This document shows, piece by piece, positions 42,101-49,800 of a stretch of DNA of 64,000 bases. Source of the DNA: a virus. The position numbers and the translations under genes were made by a program. The stretch lies in IMG/VR virus record IMGVR_UViG_3300032286_000719, positions 1 to 64,000 of that record. One strand, written 5' to 3'. Each line of letters starts with the position of its first letter. Within the stretch, counting starts at the first letter, position 1. The notes below the pieces were generated by a model. That model saw only the letters and a program-made list of their open reading frames with translations, searched no databases and was not told where the DNA came from.

Positions 42101-45100
42101 GATCGTTTTGTTGTTGAAGGTAAGAAAGCAACAGACTTACGTTTCTTTAAAGCTATTCTTGGTGAAGAACTTAATAATGAAATTACTAGTGATAAATACA
42201 AAAACACTCCTGCTGAGGAGGTGTATGATGCATTTGAATCTAAAATAAAAAGAGCTGTAGATGCATTTATTGAACAAGATGCTAAAGACACAAGAGAACT
42301 TCTTGGAGACTATGGTATTGTATTTTATAGTGATGAAGGACTGACTATCGAAGATGTTGAGTTTGAGAATAGTAGTGACATAAAATTAACAGAAGAAAGT
42401 TTACAAGATAGACTTAAACTACTTTCAGTTAACTATATGATTGCAAACATTGAGATGCATAAGATTCTTTATTCAGATCCTTATCAATATAGTGATGAGT
42501 TGAAACGTATCAAAAACTTCAACTCTCCTAGACAAGCTCTTATGACTGGATCCCAAGATATAAATGATGCACTTGATGCTGTTTACAATAAAGGATATAA
42601 ACCTGGAGATGCTGGTTACACTGATATGAATAATGAATTCTTCAGAGCAATCACTATGGGTGATGTATTAAGTGCTAGTGATCTTAAGGATTATGACCCA
42701 TACAAAGAGACTGATGGTGGTGGATATATTCTTGATAAGGCTAATCGTATCTTTGGAATACGTTCTGGAGAATGGACTGAAGCTAATGAAGCTCAGTACA
42801 GACATGATATAGAGTATATGGAATTAGTTAAAGCTGGAGCAACTAAAAGAGAACTAGAAAGATTTGATAGAAAAAGCCCTAATGTAGCAAGTACATACAC
42901 TCCTAGAAAACCTATTGTATCTGGTAACAAACAGGATGGTAGAAACTATAATGATGTTGTGCTACACAAGTTTGCATTACTTCCTCTATCATTTAGATTG
43001 CTACATAAGATGAACCCTAACTCTAATGCTATCAAGTTGTATGACAAGATGATGAATGAGAATATAGACTATGCTGTATTCGAAACAGGAGTTAAAGTGG
43101 GTGCTGAAAAGATATCTCCTCTATATGATAAAGATGGTAACTTTGATGAGACACCATTCGAAGATCCTAATGCTCTAATAGATATTTATGAGAAACAAGC
43201 TGTTTCCAAAATACCATTTAGTATCATGGGTGTACAGGCAGAGATTCCTTCTAAAGAGGCTAACTACGTAACACAAGGATCTCAGATTACAAAACTTGTT
43301 ACAATGGACTTCATGGAAGCTGGTGTACCAATTGATTTTGAAACTAAAGATTCTAAAGGAAACGTTATTACAGATTTCAATGCTAGATTTATTAAATGGA
43401 TGGGAATGTCTGAGGCTGAGAAAAATGATAGTTCTGAGTTGTATAGAGACATCAAACATAACCAAGAACTATTACAAGCTAAAATAGAGAATGGATACAA
43501 AACTCTTCTTAAAAAACTTGGTATAAAAGAAACTATTGGTGCTAATGGTAAAAAGAGTTTCAGAATATCTGATGTCAATAAACTAGTTGATACATTAGAA
43601 GATGAGATATTGAAACGAGAAGTGAACTATAACATCACTGATGCGTTTAATGGATTTAAGAATGGAGATGTTGTGTTAGAAGCAACGCCTGCATATCAAC
43701 AGATCAGAAACATTCTATATTCTATTGCTGACAAAAATGTTACATCTCCTAAGATATCTGGAGGTATGAAAGTACAGATTCCTAATACATTATTAGAATC
43801 AAAAAGACCTGGGCAACAAGTAGTTAAAGGTAAGAATGTTTATAGCTCAGACCTACTTAGATTCTATAGTAGAAATGAGAATGGTAAGCCAATTAATGTT
43901 TGTCAAATAATGGTGGCTCCATGGTTTAAATCAACTATGTCTGAGGATGAGCTTATTGACTATTTCAACAATGATCCAGAAGGAAAGAAAGAGTTTCAAG
44001 CTATAATGGGTGTAGCATTTCGTATTCCAACACAGAAACAAAACTCTATTGATGTATTTGAGATAGCTAAGTTCTTACCTGAAGGATATAAAGACTCAGT
44101 AGTTATTCCATCAGAACTTGTTATGAAAGCTGGATCTGACTTTGATATTGATAAGTTGTCAATCTATTTGAAAAACATATATCCTGGTGAAGATGGAAAA
44201 CCTAAAGTGATTCCTTACTTAGGAATAGGTGAGAAAGCAATTGCTAAGTTTGGTAAGATGTATGATGATGGAGCATTCAATGAGTATTTAAGATCTAAAA
44301 AACTTTTACAAAAAGGAGAGTCTGTAGATAAGTTAATGGAAGCCATCTTCCCTGAGGACTACTCATTCCAAAGAGAAGATGTTATTGAAGATCTTTACAG
44401 ACAATCATTAGAGAATGAATATATAGACTCTCTACAAAAACTAGTATCAAACGATCTTAACTTTGATAACTTAATCAAACCTAACTCTGCAGACGATCTT
44501 AAAGGTTTATCTAAAGAGATAAATGATAAGCTTGGTAATCCTGAGATTGACTATGGTGATGTTAAGAACATGCTAAGTAGAACATTCATGACTAACTTAA
44601 GACATGCGTTTGTTACAGGTAAGTATGCAATTGGTATTGCTGCTGTAAACCAAACTAACAATGCACAAAATCAACGTACTCCTATATTTATTGATCCAGA
44701 AAAAATAGAAACAATAGTTAATGAGGAAGATAGAGAATGGTTAGGTGATGGTAAAATTAAATTCAAAGAATATAACTCAATCATGGTTAATGGTGAGAGA
44801 TATGCCACTCTATCTAAAATAAAAAGTGCTGATAATAAAACATATATCTCTGATACTATTGGACAGTTTATTGATGGATATGTGGATATTGCTAAGGGAC
44901 CATGGATTATGAGACTTGGTGCTACACCAAACGTAGCTTCTACATGGTTGTTCTTGGCTAAAGTGGGTGTACCTATTAAGACAGTTGGTTATTTTATGAA
45001 CCAACCAATTGTTCGTGAGTACTTAAAAACAATTCAGAACAATGGATACTCATGGTTGTTTATTGATAACTTTGTTGCAGATGCTAAGTATGAATACTTA

Positions 45101-46831
45101 ACTGATGAACAAGTGGATGAAATGCCTAGTGAGACAGAGTTATTTGACATGATAGGTAAGTCTCCTGCAGACATGAGTCCTAAAGAATTAGCTGCACAAT
45201 CGTTTGTATTAGATGAATTCTTGAAATATTCCATGATGGCTAACCACATGTTTCAAGTTACACAAGGATCTAACTTTGATACAGCTACAATTAATGATCC
45301 ATATTTAGTAACTAAGAAACAAGTACAACTTGCTAAAGCACAAAAGACTATATTTTCTTCTGTAAATGAAGATGGTGATATAATCCCTGCTGTAGATGCT
45401 ATTCTTAGTAGTTCTTTTATAGGACCTCTTGCTGACACTATATATAATATACGTGATGCAAATGCTGAAATTCTTATATCTGATAAACCTAAGATAAGAG
45501 CTGTGCTAGAACCTGTTCTTATTCCTTATGCAGATCTTAATGATAGAGACTTCCTTAAGATTTCTCAGAAAACAGTGAATGATCTATTTGACTGGGCTGT
45601 ACAAAATAATAGAAAGCTTAACAACTCTATTAAGAAAATCTTATTAGGAACTGCAACAGAAAAAAGTGCTGCTAAACAACTTATTGAGTTTAGAGATAAA
45701 GTGTTAAAAGATAAGAATCATTCTTTGTTTGATAACTTGATTATCAACTCATTACAACTTGAAGCTGGTAATAAGATTATATTAGATGAATACAAACTAA
45801 GTGATGGTAATACTTATAAGAAAGAAGACATAAGCGAAGAGTTATTAAATAGATTAGGGTATCTTCCTAGACAAGTTAAAAAGATGATGAATATGTTTAT
45901 TCCTAAAGTGGATAACATTTCTATCAAAGGAAGAGATGGTAAAGTGTATGACCAAAACTTGATCATATATGGATTCGAAGAACTGAAAAAGAAACTTGGA
46001 GATGAGAACAAAGATCTTTATGGTAAACTTGTTAGACTTGCTGTAATACAGTCAGGACTTACTAACTCTCCTATTGCGTTCACTAATCTTCTTCCTTATG
46101 AAGACTTCAAAGAATTTTACAATCAAACGTTGTCAAATCTAGAAAATATACCTAATTTAGCTGACTTCAAGACATTAGATACAATGGAAAGAAACAACTG
46201 GAATAATACTAACATTGTATCTTATAGAAAAGGAAAGCTACAAGAAAGTAAATCAACTCCAGGAAGATGGTTTTATAAAGAAGAACAATTCTTAAGTAAA
46301 AAACTATCTAATAAAATGAAATCAGGAGAACTACCTAAAATGATTGTGTTCTCTAAAGGTTCAAAAGAAGGACGTAATGATTTTGTTTCATTCACTTGGG
46401 AAGATAAGATAACTAAGAACCAAAGAAAGAAAGCTAGAAGAACAGGTGATACAGCTCATATCAATAAAGGATTGTTTAAGAAAGTGTATACAGTGAATGA
46501 AGCTGGTAAAAGAGTTCCTTTGATTCAAGAATCTGAATATGATGGTAGAGTATATTTAAATTATGTATATAAAGCTATCAATGCTTGGGGTGATTCATTC
46601 AGAGCTCAAGAGTTTTATGGTAAAGAGTTTCCTTCAGAACGTTTATCAACAGTGTCTACACAATCTGTATTAGATAATGGATTCTTGAAAGTGACAAGAG
46701 AAGTGGAAGATAGTGAGATTGAATTGGCTCTTCTAGGTACAACACCTTCAATTGAAAAACCTGAAAATATTGCACAAGAAGAATGGGATGGTTTATCAGA
46801 TGAAGAAAAAATTAAAATAAAAGAATGTTAA
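33137..46831 (+). CDS. Giant virion-packaged RNA polymerase polyprotein (membrane/coiled-coil N-terminal part, degenerate zincin, two-barrel RNAP)
   Basis: GSDFDIDK catalytic loop (DFDID at 44138-44152) and FRIPTQ (44021-44035), as in crAss vRNAPs such as phi14:2 gp66. HEVFE zincin remnant at 39875-39889; hydrophobic Gly/Ala segments near the N-terminus. Confidence 0.9.
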   Translation: MPDPTNINFAGRPYVRGPLDPNLPSSPNTGFPGQRSGKALTPDDMINMQNSQLDLNEIRPGKTYLADVAGDLTGRYDTVVYGANNEDAWGAQQSTISRGVNGILKGTSLAATTVVGGFAALGGAVASLFTGRMSDIWDNPVMQNIDKWNEKLDQEYLPNYYTDQEKNAEWYSPDNWFTANFLFDKVIKNSGFAVGAVISGNLASGALGAAGSGIGRGAAALEANQAFKAFSPLLKGTARAFSAGKNAEAAAILEGRISSIADITERTSKLAQIAQQTNQFGKINDVGRRIGIAVYSQGGESAFEGLQTSNEFRKQLIEKQTIDNFGVAPNEEQLRKIDQQVEKLGKASFLANMALLAATEYVQLPKLLGSTYAAERQAANNLAGMTGDVILKDGKYIAKEAAKTKFGKLYNTVKGVGKYVFDPKEMRQEIGQYAIQIGSQNYYSKAFQGKDANVLVDGVLYGMFGTDESGKDVGALVSKEGLEGGLIGGLTGGVMQAKANYKMDKAVKTNTAAFLEELNTTPTFKEAVQYKMDAVNRGVKLQEQQQDAIEQGEKLEAKDLNADMMHNYLSPRIKYGRIDMVMDDISEMRKESMSEEGMASLKQLGLANANDTSITFNARLSKFEQTAKNTEQIFNSTNLRYSGEILREYTLETKDGIRNLTIEEYNKLDKEDKAKAKANGKPILNEKGEKQRKYSDQVIDQMIYTASKVADYDVRIPEVSMLPVSQGVLVQDIINEELTNPESTALADKLAELDANPEVDTPEVKQDLIDSVELAMRRKEYLKEYNDLITNPSKYNQQREEFKDPEEIAKAKETISIKTKRGPRDIEIGTEYFLGKVTDKSKGGKDVYRAPRLIVLGRNEDGTIKVQDSDGVIHDVKESTLERYNLGKVESTLKNKKAKFYMEHWNTVYEFNFGAKTGGKQKGRIEYDPEENKMLFVYNNKKGERKEIEVTGDQFVPNKKKGFTEPMIKAIDELTAVQKQALAAFTSETDPRLDAKREARLAILTELFDELAGRQDKIQKTIDQKQKELTKAKEEYEALAKEIEEAGLDKRNKKVDKFKATTSRALENAMKLSRMQEQIEREIEDLTTDSEEIEATLAYITDMADNIDEYSTNFKDFMNELQEEILDLEILQETTKKQITILSKLGRETQNALDATIDYLSKLISNFESKYPNVPRLMGQDWVDFLKDNPNFLKLKPNYRSDLQMIDDIVAEMEDGEININETRLKDVIEHLDILQGSLDETQREIEAKEAILNKFRDIAEKYKQQKAEEKRLQNDLALRKEYLGTNSDAVQSFFSNEYYEASAKKDDLELVSSTVAVTRGKKGEQIREHHARANRFGFNMHKFANRDDIRGVVVTSKTEETLGIEGLMNHLTDGGRAVDDKGKPIDPNKIIALVMVQDNGDGTITMVDENGTPFTADQLADPINNAIYQVFPNSELEANYRNPEGDIERGSMFRKQTEDGSLTDAQKSLQLQYAKWRDDRLKEIKLPEAQPVSESFGIPDYVTRLDEKGKEVRDLDARVAVTETGMVSESDLLEDNVLMVATKNDSVTYGNVTFNTPQGRVFLKVPGGLLKLKNRQLNEKEVNAIYDVMLQVTKNTQRDGTTKTKETQYLFDWLKTIVYWGIPRNTQTGERKENPGYNSVWFEDVTEGNKSFTKLFMSGIGAEPFDFTTTGLQNKENEIKAVLRGMYNNVNATLVNERSFRDDYTEILGIDENGEPIKKEWDNYQTYLLSPEGRTADEIPLVTQVRPLTNPDIPNKKGIYFTMDSISDDFEIPKAPPVATAAPAPKAPAKPNVKKDALERIKNTVTTEEDIEPFMDGIFNIIDQDKYIAWQETLDQEELAIDLGNLLEGVEQDEAKIYNITSKYLLNKYIDQLLAEANKTAAAAPAATTAATQKEYDLEGGENNYALGKYGNLSFKMNGQEFVDTNEEKGFTITFVGSTMDAFMNDRGITDQEEAKAIVYGAILAKLRPQLDALKTKTKVPAANAPQTTFQLNGLAENTVQIGGYGKIVFTLDGKKFNETGDGFNIQFGSYDGEVTKGVMQAKGITQPEAQELIGNDIYAKVYTQLEAMKVPVEPPLATPFTPNVPPDVIGADEYANFIDNGIVTEDRINSIAEKIKNNEQLSPKEMEIFTDKTSEINAKLADEEVVVPTPPTQPKTTGAQMLASRQRKQAPDDSAMRVVLAEQARKFQGEDWSKLEEGIKKMLPNVPIYRVKNIIQATNGRQAWGMLHNGAIYIYENAEVGTVYHEVFEAVWKMFADPSEKEAILKEFASRPGTFVDRETGKTVEYKYATAFQIKEELAEEFRDAVLNDKLGIPNESKSLIGRLFSQLIDFIKSFFTGNNAQRNTRELFNKIGNGYYNTYNPYMSQLAYAKVGIIDIENATADITSDLRVEGIPGVQLHEVIEEMTFITLKDMIDRKESLFNVVKPRQKELYQMLQVRMSDVIGHQIDLVEDNMADGTTTKKDGAKQKNDLEALYINVFDKWDDIIELHKQKLKTFDIQFDENDELVLGDEDASGKSDWQDARKIDSFRKANGAVKLLLGTLPVSYVDTTDGVRKLRNKRSSIGGAILLPADEVFIKLKNKLHNSLSPNEMLATLKDMAKTDPTYENLYARLTKTSPSATIDFKSFDQSTIQLFSAFWKAMKSQNADAISVFVLPGGEVIVSDSTLTSAAKQAKRDMTTDMIDKIKSDSKLFTYDNKTGRYFATDVIKSMQLTGSDLSSYTKLLEELGIEFNIKDIKKLKDDKLLNFTDAVEGIKQTFIELNDQGKAKTEAEIAADEANGEVARGITVLTPRTLNIEGRLMQLGLTKAFIENKSFESTYFNMNGERTQTYIGVNALSSLHNVLSKLNNIKELDTQPEYSQYRYLRTDVFAKGSVLLQKMFNLDPKKGTGNRIKGTEDLGKSVYIDGMDNQRKGKKKESSKLTAKERIVQELNLNVNGYYLNLVPGDASIEWAVKMGEFLNGKSFIDGKHYEIFKNYFMSELELARDDRFVVEGKKATDLRFFKAILGEELNNEITSDKYKNTPAEEVYDAFESKIKRAVDAFIEQDAKDTRELLGDYGIVFYSDEGLTIEDVEFENSSDIKLTEESLQDRLKLLSVNYMIANIEMHKILYSDPYQYSDELKRIKNFNSPRQALMTGSQDINDALDAVYNKGYKPGDAGYTDMNNEFFRAITMGDVLSASDLKDYDPYKETDGGGYILDKANRIFGIRSGEWTEANEAQYRHDIEYMELVKAGATKRELERFDRKSPNVASTYTPRKPIVSGNKQDGRNYNDVVLHKFALLPLSFRLLHKMNPNSNAIKLYDKMMNENIDYAVFETGVKVGAEKISPLYDKDGNFDETPFEDPNALIDIYEKQAVSKIPFSIMGVQAEIPSKEANYVTQGSQITKLVTMDFMEAGVPIDFETKDSKGNVITDFNARFIKWMGMSEAEKNDSSELYRDIKHNQELLQAKIENGYKTLLKKLGIKETIGANGKKSFRISDVNKLVDTLEDEILKREVNYNITDAFNGFKNGDVVLEATPAYQQIRNILYSIADKNVTSPKISGGMKVQIPNTLLESKRPGQQVVKGKNVYSSDLLRFYSRNENGKPINVCQIMVAPWFKSTMSEDELIDYFNNDPEGKKEFQAIMGVAFRIPTQKQNSIDVFEIAKFLPEGYKDSVVIPSELVMKAGSDFDIDKLSIYLKNIYPGEDGKPKVIPYLGIGEKAIAKFGKMYDDGAFNEYLRSKKLLQKGESVDKLMEAIFPEDYSFQREDVIEDLYRQSLENEYIDSLQKLVSNDLNFDNLIKPNSADDLKGLSKEINDKLGNPEIDYGDVKNMLSRTFMTNLRHAFVTGKYAIGIAAVNQTNNAQNQRTPIFIDPEKIETIVNEEDREWLGDGKIKFKEYNSIMVNGERYATLSKIKSADNKTYISDTIGQFIDGYVDIAKGPWIMRLGATPNVASTWLFLAKVGVPIKTVGYFMNQPIVREYLKTIQNNGYSWLFIDNFVADAKYEYLTDEQVDEMPSETELFDMIGKSPADMSPKELAAQSFVLDEFLKYSMMANHMFQVTQGSNFDTATINDPYLVTKKQVQLAKAQKTIFSSVNEDGDIIPAVDAILSSSFIGPLADTIYNIRDANAEILISDKPKIRAVLEPVLIPYADLNDRDFLKISQKTVNDLFDWAVQNNRKLNNSIKKILLGTATEKSAAKQLIEFRDKVLKDKNHSLFDNLIINSLQLEAGNKIILDEYKLSDGNTYKKEDISEELLNRLGYLPRQVKKMMNMFIPKVDNISIKGRDGKVYDQNLIIYGFEELKKKLGDENKDLYGKLVRLAVIQSGLTNSPIAFTNLLPYEDFKEFYNQTLSNLENIPNLADFKTLDTMERNNWNNTNIVSYRKGKLQESKSTPGRWFYKEEQFLSKKLSNKMKSGELPKMIVFSKGSKEGRNDFVSFTWEDKITKNQRKKARRTGDTAHINKGLFKKVYTVNEAGKRVPLIQESEYDGRVYLNYVYKAINAWGDSFRAQEFYGKEFPSERLSTVSTQSVLDNGFLKVTREVEDSEIELALLGTTPSIEKPENIAQEEWDGLSDEEKIKIKEC

Positions 46832-46832
46832 T

Positions 46833-49800
46833 ATGGCATATTGTGTAAACAGAAGCTCACCAGAGTTTAAAGCATTAGCTGAACAATCTAATATCAATCC
46901 AGTAATTCTTGCTGCAAAGGTTTCTTTGTGGCAAGAAAAGAATGGATTAGATAGCTTTCCTAACTTGGATGACATAGAGATCAAGTCATTTCCTAAACTT
47001 GATATTAAACCTGAAGAGTTTGTTTCTCTTCAATTAGAGGATATGCCTGCGTCTAAAGCTTCTGATCAGACAGTTTCTTTAATGAGAGCTGTAGCTAAAC
47101 AGATGGATGTAGATATACAATCGCTAGATGAATATGCTAAAGGTAATCCTGATATAAATGTTAAAGGAATAAATGGACTTGCTGATCTATTTAAAGGAGT
47201 GATAGCTGTTGCCCAGGGTAAGGAAAACTATGCTATAACAGAAGAGGTGATACACATAGCTACAGCTATCATAGAACAAACTAACCCAAGAGTTATTACA
47301 GAAATGATCTCTAAGATAGGTAGATTCAAAATCTATGATGAGACATTAAAAGCTTACAAAAATAATAAGGCATATCAACTATCTAATGGTAAACCAGACA
47401 TCAGAAAGATAAAAAAGGAAGCTGTGGATAAACTTATAGCTGAATTGATTATCAATGAATCTGAAGGCTCTACACAGTTTCCTGAGTTAATGGATGAAGC
47501 TAATCGTTCTATGATTCAGAAATTTTTTGATTTTATTCTTGATTTAATTAAATTACAATATAGAAAGTCTAATATAGATATATTCCAACAAACTTCTAAT
47601 AGAGTGTTGTCTGGTAAAGTGGGTGGTATAGTTTCTGATATAACTAATGGTGGTATATTCTATCAAGTTAAGAACTCTGCTGTAGATAAACTTTATGATA
47701 TAATTGCAGATTTCAATGAAAGAATAACATTAGTTGATCAAACAATAAACGCAGCAGGTGAAACAATACCTAGACACTATGAAATTGATGGACTGCCTGA
47801 ACAGATTCCTTCTGTAACAGCAAAACTTAAAAAGAGTAGTAAAATGCCTGATAGAACTGATCTTCAGAAGTTCTTAGATGATCAGAAAAAAGATTGGGGA
47901 ACTGAGATACATGATTACATAGACAAATACATTACTAATAATCTTATTGATAAGAATGGATATAAATTAGCTACTCCTTTAAATGATGCGATAGCAACTA
48001 AACTTACTCCTAAAATTAAAGAACGAGTAGAACAATTTAGTAAAGAGCTTATCAACTCTTATGAGCCAGGTACACGTTTTATATTAGAAGCAAAAGCAAT
48101 TAATGAAAAGGTGAAAGGTAAACTTGCATCTAAAATTGACTTCATTGCTATTGAGCCTTATACAAAAGAAGATGGTACAGAGGATGTTAAAGTGGATATC
48201 CTTGACTGGAAAACTACATCTGTGAACAAAAGTCTTGATGAAGATATCCATTGGGGTAAACAGAAAGATTGGAAAGCTCAGATGGGTGAGTATACAAAAA
48301 TGCTTTACAACTATGGATTGAAGCCTAATCAATTGAGAAAGGCCAGAATGATTCCTTTTGTAATAAATTATAAATACGCTGTTGAAGGAAAACCTGAAAG
48401 TGGATTCTCTGCTCCTACATCAATGGAGATAGGTAAGTTGAATTCATTAGAAGAAACAAACTTATATTTACTTCCTGTTCCTATCAATTCAGAAACTACA
48501 GGTAATGCAAAGATTGATTCTCTTGTTAAATCATTAAGAGAGCAATGGGAAAAACTATATAAGAAACCAGTGCCTGCTGAAGATAGATATGCTAAGATTT
48601 TAGAAATCAATAAGTTAAGTGATGCTATTCGTAATCTACATGTTAGATTAAACTTCTCACCTCTTGTAACTGTAGGTAAATCATTCTTGAATAACGCAAG
48701 AACTGCATTAGATGACTTTGCTAATGTAGACTATGAAACAATAAGTAAAGAGGAGCTAGATAAAAAACTAGGGGACTTAATTGAGTATGGTGCTAGTGCT
48801 GTAAAGTTTACATCAATGGACCAAGTGTTTCTTTCTCAATATGAAAGAGAAGGAATGACTGATGAAAACAAAAAGACATTAAAGGAACTAGAGCATATAT
48901 CTTCTATGGCAGGCAGAATGTTGAATGAGATTTCTGAATTACAGAGTCAATACGCTGTACACTTAGGAATGAAAGAAGGCATCACTACAGAGAAAACAAA
49001 AGAAACTATACTTAATGCTGAAAGAGAGATTGATGGTTTTGCTAAGACATTCTTAGAAGGATCTAAACTTTCTGCTAAAATCATCAAGCTTGCTTCTAAT
49101 TTAATTATGAATGCAAAGAGTCTTGTAAACATTGAGTTTGCTAGAAAAATGAAGGAGTATGAAAAAATACTTATTCCATTAGAGAAAGAAGCTGCAGCCA
49201 GAGGTGTGAAAGCATTTGACTTGATTGGGACAATGTCTCCAACAGGATTAAATCTTATCAAGAAGTTTGATCCAGCATTCTGGACTGAAATGAAAGATGC
49301 TAGAGAGAAACGTGATAAATCTTTCTTCTTAAAGAACATGAATATCACTGAGTATGATAAACTTTCTAAAGCTGCAATTGAAAAAGGATTGGCAGATCTT
49401 GATAAAACTGTATTCTCAAATGATGCAGAGGAAGATTCATTACAACGTTCTTGGAGAAAAGCTAAACTTAGAGACTCATTAGATATACACAGTGAGAAAT
49501 TTGATGGATATGATAACTACAGATTCAAACAGTTGTTCAGAGAAACAATGATTGAAGAAGGACATCTATCTAAAGAGTATGAAGACTTACGTAAAAACAA
49601 AGCTGCACATGATGTATGGCAATTTTTTACTGACTTAAATGTTAAAGCTGCTAAAATGGGATACCTTGATAAACAAGGAAGTTCTTTCTTTCCATTAATA
49701 GAAGCTACAATGCTTCAGAAGTTTGCACAAACAGATGACCTGTCTGCTCAAGCAAAAGAATCTTTGTGGACAGACTTTTATCAAACTAGGATAAATGAAG

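Noticed and set aside
33137-46831. Intein or intron in the vRNAP gene
   Set aside because: No C/S...HN-C/S/T splice junctions or LAGLIDADG/HNH motifs were recognised, and the frame is uninterrupted.
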